Assembly: GCF_963921235.1 (NCBI RefSeq)
Contig: NC_086118.1
Span: 18,912,001-18,976,000 of the forward strand
Source: Mobula hypostoma
Lineage: Eukaryota
DNA: 64,000 nucleotides
Direction: 5' to 3'
In this document: positions 1-11,689 of the stretch, in pieces
Numbering within the stretch: position 1 is the stretch's first letter
Layout of the letters: every line of letters starts with the position of its first letter
The notes under the pieces: generated by a model
Told to the model about the DNA's origin: nothing
The model's database searches: none
What the model saw: the letters and a program-made list of their open reading frames with translations, nothing else
Position numbers and translations under genes: made by a program

Positions 1-1950
1 GTTCTAGTCAGGGTCAAATGGGCAACTCTGTTTAAAGGCAAAAGAACAGTTGGCAAGTCAGACGCTTGTAAGAGGATCATATAAAATGTCCATATTCCTG
101 TTAGAGTTAGGGGTAACATAACAAGTTGAGTGAACTCTTGCTGATGAGATATTGAGGTTTTAGTCAGGAAAAAGGAGGTGGAGTACATTTCAGGCAGCTG
201 GATACAAATGAATCCCTTGACAAATATAAAAAAAGTTTCAAAGCAGCCAAAAGAGGGAGGAGGACAAAAAGAGGATATGAGATGGTTTTGGCAATACTAA
301 AGATAATCTTAATTCCAAGAGGTTTTTCAGTTAGATTAACAGTATAAGGATAATTGGGGACAGAGTAGGTATCTTAAAGAACATTAGGGTGACCTGTGTG
401 TGGAGCTGCAGGAGATAGCTGAAATTTTTAATAACTATTTCTGTTACTAAAAAGAGTATCATGACGCCAGTGAAATTAAGATAATAAGTACTGAGGTCTT
501 TGGATCATTTTCACATTACAGGGAAGGTGGTATTTACAATTTTAAAGTGTACAAAATTTGGCAAATACCCAGGTACACATTTGGTCCTTAAGGGAGGCCA
601 AGAAACAAATCAGGAAGATCTTTGTAGTGATATTTGCTTAATCATTTGTCACTGATGAAGCTCCAGCAGACTCCGGGGGGGAGGGGGTAGCGGTGGCTAA
701 TGTTGCTCCATTGTTCAAGAAGTGTTGCAAAGACAGGCTAGGGACCTTGACTTCAGCTATAGCGAAGTTATTGGAGGGAATTCTGAGGGACAAGTTCTAC
801 CATCACTTGGATAGTCAAGGGCTGATCATAAATAGTCAGCATGGTTTTTCCAGTGAGAGATTATGCCTGCTGAATCTTTTGGAGTATTTGAAGAGATAAT
901 TAAAGGGACAGGTAAAGGTAGGGCAATGGATGTTGTCTATATGGACTTCAGTAAGGCCTTTGAGAAGGACCACACAACTGGCTGATCTGGGAGGTAAGTC
1001 ACAGGGAATTCCAGAGAGCTAGTGAGGTGGACTCAGAATTAGTTCAATGATAGGAAGCAGACGGCAATGGTAGAATGTTGCTTCTCCAACTGGAGGCCTA
1101 CATTTAATAGGGGCCAGTGTCAGAACCTCTGTTGTTCACTATTTATACAAATGATTTGGGTGCAAACGTATATGGCATGATTAGCTGATGATGGCAAAGC
1201 AGGTTACAATGAATTACAAAGAGTTCTTGATCAGTTAGAGACATAAACTGAGGAAAGGCTAATAGTCTTCAACTAGATAAGCTTGAGATGGTGCATTTTG
1301 AACATTCAGATCATGGTAGGACCTTTACAGTCAGTGCGCAGGGCACTGACACATGTCGTGTAGAACAAGTGAGCAGTTCACTGAAGCAGCCATGCAAGTA
1401 GACAGTGTGGTGAAGCAGGCTTTTAGCAGACTAGCCTTCATCAGTCAGAGCACTGAGCACAGGAGTTGGGACATTATGTTGCAGTTAGTTATATAAATTG
1501 TTGATGAAGCCGCACTTTCAGTGTTGTATACAGTTTTGGTCACCCTGCTGTAGGCAAGACAGTGTCAAGCTGGAGATGGTATAAACAACATTCATGAGCA
1601 TGCTGCCTTGAATAAAGGACCTGAGTTATGGGAGAAGGTTAGCCATGATGGATCTTTATTCTTTGGAGAATAGGAGAATGAGGGGAAGTCAGGGAAGTGT
1701 ATAAAATCATGAAGGGTTTGGATAAGGTGAACGGGTCATCATCTTTTCTCCAGGGTGAGGAAGTGCACAAGAGGGTACAGGTACACAGGTACCAGATAAA
1801 AGAGGGGAGAGATTTAAAGGAGACCTGAAAGGCAATATCTTTTTACAAAGGATTGTGGGTAGCTGGAACAAGCTGCCAGAGAAAGTGGTCTATGTAGTAG
1901 TCCAGGTCAACAGAATTGTAGGCACTTAACGGGTATTTGGATAGGTACCT
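1..1950 (+). mobile_element. Degenerate CR1 LINE ORF2 (reverse transcriptase, RT) fragment
   Basis: ANVAPLFKK...SQHGF...CLLNLLEY (ORF 693-899); MDFSKAF at ~940; many stops and frameshifts. The 3' tail resumes at ~2205-2305 after a SINE. Confidence 0.85.
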
Positions 1951-2135
1951 TTGGGGTGGCACAGTAACATAGTGGTTAGCACAACACTTTACAGTACAGG
2001 CGACCCGGGTTCAGTTCTGACTGCTGCCTGTAAAGAGTATGTACGTTTCCCCCATAATCACGTGGGTTTCCTCCGGGTGGTCCGGTTTCCTCCCACAGCC
2101 CAAAGTCATACCAGTTGGTAGGTTAATTGGTTGCT
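1951..2135 (+). mobile_element. tRNA-derived V-SINE (HE1/MER6-like)
   Basis: A-box-like acagtaacatagtggttag, B-box-like gggttcagttct, V-domain gtgggtttcctccgggtggtccggtttcctcccaca. Confidence 0.8.
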
Positions 2136-2454
2136 CCTGTACGGCACTGCTCAAAGGGATGGAATGGGCTACTCTGTGCCGTATATCAATAAAAAATACA
2201 TATCTGTGGAGAGCTTGGGAAGGTTATGCGCCAAATGCAGGCAACTAGTGCTAGCATGTTGGGATGGACCGAAGGGCCTAATTCATGCTGTATTATTCTA
2301 TAACTCCACTGGTGGAAAGGTTAATAGCCGTAAGACATTTACGTGGGAGGAAAATGAGAGAAACTGTTTTAATATGAAGAGGAGTTCTGCAGTGGAATTC
2401 ATTGCCTGGATAGGTTGTTGGATATAGAACCCAATCCCAGAAGTATTCTATGTA

Positions 2455-2521
2455 CAGTACTGTTCTGAAGTCTTAGGCACATACATATAGCTAGGATACC
2501 TAAGGCTTTTGCACTGTGCTG
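2455..2521. mobile_element. Tc1-type miniature inverted-repeat element
   Basis: cagtactgttctgaagtcttaggca ... tacctaaggcttttgcactgtgctg, flanked by TA on both sides. Confidence 0.65.
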
Positions 2522-2950
2522 TATCTATCAATGTGGAGTGGAGAGCAAGTTTGTAAATCTGGCAGGAGTACAGGATGTTGGGAATAGTGAGTGTGGAGCA
2601 CCACAGGAGGTGTGTGGGACAGGTAGCAGAGAAGGAGTGCCGGGGCGGGTGTGGTAGCACTGATGAAGACACAGCCAGCCCTGAGACACCAGGCAAGCAT
2701 TTAGTTTCTTGATCTTTACAGAATTTCACTCTGGTGCTTCTTGCCCCTTCCACTTCCTCTTTTCCCAACCATGATTCCCCTCTCCCTGCCCCTTTCCCAC
2801 TCTCAGTCCACCACAGAGACCCATATCAGCATCAGGTTTATCATCACTCACATGTCATGAAATTTGTGTTTTTTTTGCAGCAGTACAGTGCAATACATGA
2901 CATAACTACAGTGCTCTGCAAAAGTCTTAAACCCCCTAGCTACAGTATAT

Positions 2951-3165
2951 AGGCACTTAATCACACATTGCTCTGCGACGACACTGGTGCCAAGCTGTAT
3001 GGGTCCTAATGCCCTTCTCTTGGACAACATTGGTGTCGTGGAGAGGGGAGACTTGCAGCATGGGCAACTGCTGGTCTTCCATACAACCTTGCCCAGGCCT
3101 GCACCCTGTAGAGTGAAGACTTTCCAGGCGCAGATCCATGGTCTCACAAGACTAATGGATGCATT
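2951..3165 (+). mobile_element. 5'-truncated copy of the tRNA-SINE at 36661
   Basis: Near-identical to 36754-36960 (gccaagctgtatgggtcctaatgccc...gacttgcagcatgggcaactgctggtcttccatacaaccttgcccaggcctg). Confidence 0.85.
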
Positions 3166-4914
3166 TAATGTTACTGTATAACATCAGTAAGAGTTAAATC
3201 CCTAAATGAGCACATGCCATGACATCTGGAAGTCAAGAAATTTACTTTGGACTGCTAAATATAAAGTTTGGGCAAATTTGCAACCTCTTGATGCTGCACA
3301 GAAACTACCCGGCTGCTGAATTTGGAAATACAGCACTAAATGGCTTTATTGCTTTTAACTTACATCTGAAGTCTTTTTCAGTATTATGCATCGTCCACAC
3401 TTCATTTGAACCCCACATCACACAGAAGCATTATTATGGTGATATCATTCCCTGTGGAAATACTGTTGCTTTAATATAATGAGTGCGCATCCTGTCATTT
3501 GACTGATACACGAGAAATACTGACTAAGCCTATGGCCTGTTCATTGCCTGCATTCCTCTGAAAGAATCACTCAGATGCAAGTGACTGTGCCCTTAAGATA
3601 CAAATGACTAAAAAATGGATCAACTGAAGCTGATGGCAGAATTGCACTGACATGGTGAAAAAATTGGAGATAATACTGCAGAATCATCACATTACCAAAC
3701 AAACCACCATCAACATCCTTGAGCTCATTGTTTATCATACACAGGTACTATGGTTGCAACAAGTCCAATGCTGTTAACTTGTTAAGTGACTCCCCAAGAA
3801 TTTTCACCATCCTCAAACCCAGAGTGTGAGATGTTCTTCACTTGCCTAAGTGAGTACACCTCCAATGATACTCAACCAATTGAGTGAGTGCAATGACAAG
3901 CAGCCCACTTGATTAACATACAACCCACCACTTCAAGCATTGACTCCCCCACAACTGAACAACCTCACTGCAAAGCATCTCCGCCACAGTGTCATGCCAG
4001 CAATTTGCCAACACATTCTCGATAGTGTCAATCATACCCATGAGCTCTACAGCCTTAAAGAAAAAGGAGAGTATGTACATGGGTACACCACAGCTTGCAT
4101 TCCCTTCCAATTGATACAGCGTTCTGACATGGGAAAAGGTCTTTGTTCCTTCATCATCTAAGGGACAAGATCCAAAAAAAGAGCTACCCAATATTCTGCC
4201 AAATTAACAGCATCATTTCATTGCAACTTACCATCTTTAAGTATATTCTAATGACAAGCTCCATACTAATAACATTCATAACCCATGAATGAATAATGAA
4301 CAAAAAATGTTGTAAGGCTTACTGGGACTGTGGTCAATTTAAATTTGTACCTCTCTCACCCATCTCTCATAACACACTAAGTTCCTTGATGTGCTCTTTT
4401 CCTCTTTCTCAGTCAAGCAGACATCCTCCACATATAAGTCTAGACTGGTGAAGGCAGAGTATCAGGCAACACAGCCTCAGCCAATAGCTACCTACTGAAA
4501 GAAATTTCAAGAAGTGATGGTCAGTCTTTTGTTTCCTTCTCCAAGATGCTCGACACTTCTTGATTTTGCGTGAGGATGAAATGAATGATTGGGAGAGATG
4601 GAAAACCCGCTGCAAATCCACTATCAGCTTGAAGTACTATCGCAATATCTAGACGAAGCCAACTGTTGCCCTTAATGCTGTTCCTGCCGAATATCTCAGA
4701 ATTGGTAGCCTTGACCTGAGAAAGTGAGCAATGGGGATGGCTGAGAAAAAAACAATTGTCTATGCACCAGCTGCCTTTTCAAGTTTGTGCTTTTCCCCTC
4801 CTTTTATTGGAATAAAGGAAGAAACTCTGCTTTACTGGCATTAATCCATTTGTCCCATGATCACTTAATGCTGATATTGAGAACAGAGAGTGAAGAAGTG
4901 TTTGATTCTAATAA

Positions 4915-5415
4915 TCACACCGGATGGTGTCCCTGGCCATATTCTTAGATACTGTGTGGATCAGCTGTCAAGGGTATTTGCAGAGACTTTAACCTCTCTC
5001 TGCTTCAATCTGAGGTTCTAAGAAGACCACTATTATCCCAATACTTAAGAAATACAAGGTAATATCCCTTATTGAGTACCACCCAGTGGCTTTGACGTCC
5101 ACCATCATGAAGTGCTTTGAAAGGGTGGTCATGGCACATATTAACTCCAACCTTCCATGCAACCTTAACCCACTGAAATTTACCTACTGCCAAAACAGAC
5201 CTACAGAGCTCACCATCTCCCTCGTCCTACATTCATCTCTGGACCATCTGGACATCAAGGACCACTATGATATTGACTACAGCTTTGCATTCAGTACTAT
5301 AATTCCAAACAAACTCATCGCCAAACTCTGAGACCTGGGTGTCAACATCTCCATCTGCAACTGGATCCTCAACTTCTTGATCAGTAGACCATGATCAATA
5401 AGGGTAGGCAGCAAC
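4915..5415 (+). mobile_element. Rex1/Babar LINE RT fragment
   Basis: PDGVPG...PVALTSTIMKCFERVV...DYSFAFSTIIP...CNWILNFL. Confidence 0.85.
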
Positions 5416-5419
5416 ACAA

Positions 5420-5810
5420 AGGGTTCAGAGAAAACTTACAAGGATGTTGCTGCGACTTGAGGATCTGAGTTATAGGAAAAGGATGAATAGTTTAGGATTC
5501 TATTTCCTCCGGTGTAGGACAATGAGGAGCGATTTGATAGAAGTATACAAAATTATGAGTTGCATGGATAGGGTAAATGCACACAGGCTTTTTTCCACTG
5601 AGGTTGGATGAGACTATACCTAGAGGTCATAAGTTAAGGGTGAAAGGCAAAATATTAATAGGGAACCTGAGGGGAACTTCTTCACTCAGAGGGTGGTGCA
5701 AGTATTGAACAAGCTGCCAGCAGAAGTGGTAATGCTGGTTCAGTTGCAACATTCAGTAGAACTTTGAAGAATTATGCAGAAGGGAGAGGTGTGGAGGCTA
5801 TGGTCGGGTA
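5420..5810 (+). mobile_element. CR1 LINE 3' fragment
   Basis: gatttgatagaagtatacaaaattatgag ... ttcttcactcagagggtggtg, typical of the CR1 ORF2 end. Confidence 0.8.
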
Positions 5811-6859
5811 CATATGCCAATTACTGTTCTATTGACTTCGCAGTTTACTTCCAGGCCATCTGCGTTTTAGAAGAACATATAATTTGGGAACACTTCTTCA
5901 TCGGAAATCTTTGAAAACTGCCAGTACTTTAAAGAATTATTTTTCAACTTTATTCTCGTTCTCCTGTGGAGTCTAAACAAGTACTTGTTTATGTAGAGTT
6001 GGATATTTTCTGGTATACCTGCAACCCCCTCTGCTCTGAATCCCACACTAAAAGTTTGCATCATCAGACCCCTGTTCTCTAGTGTTTCTCCACCTCTGCA
6101 GAAAGGGAGGAAATGGTCGCTCTAGTGCATGGCGCTCTTCAGACTTGCCAAGCTAAATGTGTCACTCAATATTATGCACCCATAAATGCCCAATAAGAAG
6201 GGAACTAAGAATGCCATATCATGAAAGATAATGGAGAAATAAACCACTGACTCACCAGGCCATGTTCAATATCTTTAACGTCTTTCATTGTCTCTCCAGT
6301 TTTAAACAGCTTGCCTTGATTTTAGGATAAGCAACTCATTACTTGCAAAAGTGTTTTTTTCTCCTTTCAAGCCATAAAGTAGACACATTTAATTAAATTC
6401 AGCATAATAGTTAATGATTCTGAACAGTAAAGTTGTCATTCTATTGTTTGCAAATTGCTGCAGTTAAATTATTTAAAATGTGATCTTAAAGCCACTTCAC
6501 TGAAATGTCTTGCCCAGGTTTCAATTTGTACATATCTTGGAAAAGACTTTCTGCTAATTGACAAGATGCAATGTTTGCCAGCAGGCATTTTTATGTGCAT
6601 GTGATCTGGTATTGCAGATACATTGCAAACAGGTAGGTGGATAGGAAAGATTAAGAGGGCTAAATGCAGGGAACTAGGACTAGCTCATGTACCCATCGAG
6701 GTAGGCATTGATGAGTTGTGCCAAAAGGCCTTATCCTGTGTCATATAAATGTGTGACAATTTAAAGTGGGATACAAAACAATGGCTATTAATAACCGTAT
6801 GGTCAACCTTGATACTCTCAACCTTCAATGCTGACTTCAGGTTATAGGTTCTCTATAAA

Positions 6860-9140
6860 TATTAGAATATAGATCATAGAGCAATGCAGTGCAGTACAGG
6901 CCCCTTGGCCCTTGATATTGTGGCAACCTTGTAACCTACTCCAAGATCAATCTAATGTTTCTGTCCCTCATAATCCTCCACTTTTCTTTCATTCATGTGC
7001 CTTTTAACCTCTTTGTCCCTTATGTATCTACTCTACTAGCAACACTCCATCAGTATGCTCCAGTCTGTAAAAATCCAAGCTCTGATATTCCCCATCCTCT
7101 CCCCCCAATCTTTCCTCCAATCATCTTAAAAGTTTGTCCTCTCATGATAGCCATTGCCACCCTGCGAAAAAGGCTCCGATTCTCCATGCTATCTACACCT
7201 CTTATCATCTTACACGCCTTCATCAAATTGCCTTTCATTCTCCTTTCCTCCACAGAGAAAAGCCCTAGCTTGCCCAACTCTTCCTGTGAACGCATTTCCT
7301 AATCCAGGCAGCATCCTGGTAAATCTCCTCTGCACCCTCTCTGAAGCTTCCACATCCTTCCTATAATGAGGTGACAAGAACTGATCACAATATTTCAAGT
7401 ACCGTCTAACCAGAGTTTTATAGAGCTGCAGCACTACTTTGTGGCTCTTAAGCTCAATCCCCTGACTAATCTCCAAGATACCATACTCCTTCCTAGCCAC
7501 CCTATCAACTTGCACAGCAACTTTGAAGGAACTATGGACTTGGACCCTGAGATCACTCCAATCCTCCACACTGCTAAAAATCCTATCATTAACCTTCTTC
7601 TCTGCTTTCTGTATCAATCTTCCAAAGTGTATCACTTCATACTTCTCCAGATTGAACTCTATATGCCATTTCTCATTCCAGCTCTGCATCCTATCAATAT
7701 TCCATTGCAAACTTCTACACTATCCACAGCAGTGCTAACATTCATGTCATCTGCACACTTACTAACCCACCTTCCACTTCCTCATCTAAATCATTTAAAC
7801 AAAGTTACAAAGAGCAGCGGTCCCAGACACACAGCACCGGGCAAAATATGCTCCATCTACTATCACTTTCTGCCTCCTGCGGGCAAACCAATTCCAAATC
7901 CATGTAGCCAGGTTACCCTGCATCTTTCCTGACCTTCTGAGTGAGCCTACAATGGAGAGCCTTGTCAAATGCCTTACTAATATCCCTATACACCCATCCA
8001 CTGCCCTACCTTCATTAATGTGTTTTGTCACTTCTTCAAAAGTCAATTGGATTGTGAACATGACTTCCTGCTCACAAAGCCATGCTGATTATCTCTAATC
8101 AGATTATGCTTCTCCAAGTGCTAATAAATCCTCTCTCTTAGAATCCTGTCCAATAGTTTGCTCACCACTGATATTAGACACATTGGTCTATAATCCCCAG
8201 GGTTATATCTGTATTATCTTTCTTGTACAAGGGAATAACATTTGACATCCTCCAATCTTATAGTACTATTCCTGCAGCCAATGAGAATGCAAAAATTACC
8301 GCCGACAGCATAGAAGTTTCTTCCCTCACTTCTAATAGTAAAATGGTTATATCCTATCCAGTCCCAGGGATGTAACTATTCTAATGCTTTTCAGAAGTTC
8401 CAGCACAATCTTCATTCTTAATGTTGGCATGTTCTTGCACACTAGGCTATCCTATGCTGACCTCATATTCACCAAGGTCCCTCTCACTGGTGAATACTGA
8501 GGCAAAGTATTCATTAAGGAACTCCCTTACCTCTTCTGACTCCAGGTGCATATTTCCTCATTTTATGTTGATCTGTTCCACTATAGTCATCCTCCTGTTC
8601 TTCACATATGTGTAAAATGCCTTGGGGTTTTCCTTAATTCTACTCACCAAGACCTTCTCATATTTACTTCTGGCTCCCTTAAGTCCCTTCTTAAGCTCCT
8701 TCCAGGCTATCTTATAATTCTCAAGAGTGCCCCCTGATCTTTGCCTCCTGAAGCATAAGTATGCCTCTTTCCTCCTCTTGACTAAATGTTCCACCTCTCT
8801 TTTCATCCATGGTTCCTTCACCCTACTATCCCTTCCTTGCCTCAGTGGGACGTAATTATCCAGAAGCCAGGCAAGAGCTCCCTATACAACCTCTACATTT
8901 CTGTTGTACATTTCCCTGACAACATCTGTTCCCAATTTACACTCCCAACTTCCTGCCTACTAGCATCATAATTAGCTCCCTCCTAATTAAGTACTTTCCC
9001 ATACTGTCGGCTCCTATCCTTATCCAATGCTATGCAAAAGAAGAGAGTCATAATCACTGACTCTGAAATGCTCATCCACTGACTGGGTTCATTGTCTACC
9101 ACCAGATCTAGTATGGCCCCTCTAGTTGCCTTGTCCACAT
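6860..9140 (-). mobile_element. Degenerate CR1 LINE (~2.3 kb)
   Basis: Minus ORFs LYKTLVRRYLKYCDQFLSPHYRKDVEASERVQRRFTRMLPG, KENPKAFYTYVK and LGLFSVEERRMKGNL. Confidence 0.9.
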
Positions 9141-9204
9141 ATTATATCAAGAGCTTTGTTAGTAGTGGATGGTTCTTCTTGCTGCTAAATGCGTGCTCTT
9201 TTTT

Positions 9205-9482
9205 GTTATTTATTTAGAGATACAGAGTGGAACAGACCCTTCCGGCCCAATGGGCCGAGCTGCCCAGCAACCCATCTAACCCTTTCCTAATCACAGGACA
9301 ATTTAATATGACCAACTAACCTACTGACCAGTACATTTTCGACTACTGGTGCACCCGGAGATAACCCTCACAATCATGGGAAGAACGTACATACTCTTTA
9401 CAAATGGCACTGGAATTGAGCCCCAAGCTCCGGTGCCCCGAGCTATAATAGCATTGTGCCAATCACTACACTACCGTGGTGC
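9205..9482 (-). mobile_element. V-SINE, minus strand
   Basis: Reverse complement of the 1951 family with a (TAAA)n tail. Related copies at ~22190-22410, ~37915-38010, ~46850-47090, ~49750-49985. Confidence 0.75.
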
Positions 9483-10334
9483 CCTGTTACACATATTCAC
9501 ATATTCTTCATATGTGCTTAGCACGTTGTCACCCTGGTTCAACATGGAATACAGTGTCAGATTAGCATTGAGAGTGAAGCAATCAATGCACACATTGCAC
9601 CTTTATTAAATTGTCAGACTGCACAGAGTGTGTTTAAATATCTGCATTTTGAGTCAAAATTGAAATAAAGTCTGAAGCATTCGTGACATAAGGTTGAAAT
9701 GGAACCCAGTTTTATAGTTTAAGAAAATTACAGGGTTCTTATGATGAGTGATATGGGAGAGAGAGAGTGAGGAAAAATGAAAAAAAAAGTCCATTTTGTT
9801 ACTCAGCTAATTAACAGATTCAATTATTTGAGGAGCAAACAGACAAATTTGTAACATTAAACATAATATACTTCATTATTCTTTTAACAAGAAAGGTTCT
9901 CTGATAAGGTTCAAATTCCCTTGGAGCTATTCCACCCAAATTGTTCCTTGCTGGTACTGGCTGTTCTCACAGCAAGCACCAATGCAAATTAGCATCGCTA
10001 GGTTTCTGATGATTATCTCAAAACCTGCCCCTCTCTAACCCACCTCTTAATACAATGTGTAATTGAGAATGTAGTAGCTCACATTATGAACGTTGGGATT
10101 GTTCCTCTGGGAATCTGTGCAGTTTACTTGAGTAAACCATATCCTCGCTGATAAACACCATAGAAAGTAGGAGCTCACAAGGTTTGGAGCTGAAACCAAA
10201 AGCTGGCAAGTTACCCAATCACAACCAGAAAACTAATGAAAGGAGCTCAATGAATTAGAAGTAGCTCCAATATGGACCCTCTACTTTCTGAATACAAGGT
10301 GAAGGACCATGAAAATACCAAAGACCTACACTTG

Positions 10335-10920
10335 AGTACATTGACTGGATGCATCACGGCCTGGTATGGAAACATTAATGCCTTTGAATAGAAAATCCTA
10401 CAAAAGGTGGTGGATTCGGCCCAGTGCATCATGGGTAAAGCCCTCCCAACCACTGAACATATCTATATGAAACGTTGTCGTAGGAAAGCAGCATCCATCA
10501 TCAGAGATCCTCATCACCCAGCCCATGCTCTCTTTTCGCTGCTACCATTAGGTAGAAGGTACAAGAGCCTCAGGACTCGCACCAGCAGATTCAGGAACAG
10601 TTACTACCCCTCAACCATCAGGGTCTGGAATAAAAGGGGATAACTTCACTCTCTTGTCCCATCAATGGAATGTTCCTGCAACTAATGATCTCATTTTAAG
10701 GGCTCTTTATCTCATTATCTACTGTTCTCGTTATTTATTGCTATTTATTTATATTTCCATTTGCACAGTTTGTTGTCCTCTGCACTCTGGTTGATCTTTC
10801 ATTGATCCTGTTACAGTTACTATTCTATAGATTTCCTGAGTATGCCCACAATAAAATGAATCTCAGGATTGCTTATGGTGAGAAATATGTACTTTGATAT
10901 TAAAATTTACTTTGAACTTT
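10335..10920 (+). mobile_element. Rex1/Babar LINE 3' end
   Basis: RCRRKAASIIRDPHHPAHALFSLLPLGRRYKSLRTRTSRFRNSYYP, then a 3' UTR ending tactttgaacttt. Confidence 0.85.
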
Positions 10921-11689
10921 AAACATGCCATATATTAATGATGCAAACACAGTCTGATAGTTTAAACAACAAACCCACAAATAAAAAGTGTCTTTCATTG
11001 GTGAGTTGACACTCGCTTCCCAGTGCTGCTGCCACATCCCTATGCTCTAATTCTACCTCTTTCAGTTACTTTATTATTGTCACTTTAGCATTTATTTATT
11101 TACTACTATCTTTGTACCATTTTGTTCTTGTTAAGCTTATTATTACCATGAATATAGTTTAATTTGTGAGTTTCATGCAAGCAAGGTATTTCATTGTACC
11201 CTGGTGTAAACTAATCTGAATCTAGATATCATTGGGCACTTGTTATAGATATTTAATTTTACAGTCCGTATCCAGTCTGTTTGTCATCAGACTACAACTG
11301 AGCGCAGTATTGGTGTTTGTACTTCAAAAGTCCTGTGTACAGTAAATGTAATGCTGTTAAGACTTTAACAAAGGCTTTGTTTTACTGATTAAATGCAATG
11401 ATTACTGTGGACAATACAAGTCATTCTAATTCAGTCAGCTTCTTGGAGGTAAACAAGTTAAACTGGTTCCATTAATTAACCCCAAAGGAAGCCCTAAAGT
11501 TTCTGCAAGAAACAAAGAATCATTAAAAGTAAAAATGCATGCCCCAATGTACCTGCTGTAGTCCCACTGTTGTATTCAGCAGTTTTTACATATAATTTAT
11601 AAACTATCAGGCATGACATTGAATAAACAATTTAATCTATTTAACATAGTTAATTCTTTGCATGGTGAGTACAAATGAGGCAAGAACTG

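Noticed and set aside
4409..4716. Minus-strand acceptor-like site (ctcactttctcag) followed by short open frames
   Set aside because: No recognisable protein, no consistent exon chain, and no match to the downstream SHISA6 exons as I recall them.
5850..6315. ORF 5867-6064 and exon-like GKLFKTGETMKDVKDIEHGL|gtgagt
   Set aside because: Weak acceptor, phases do not join to neighbours, and no homology recognised.
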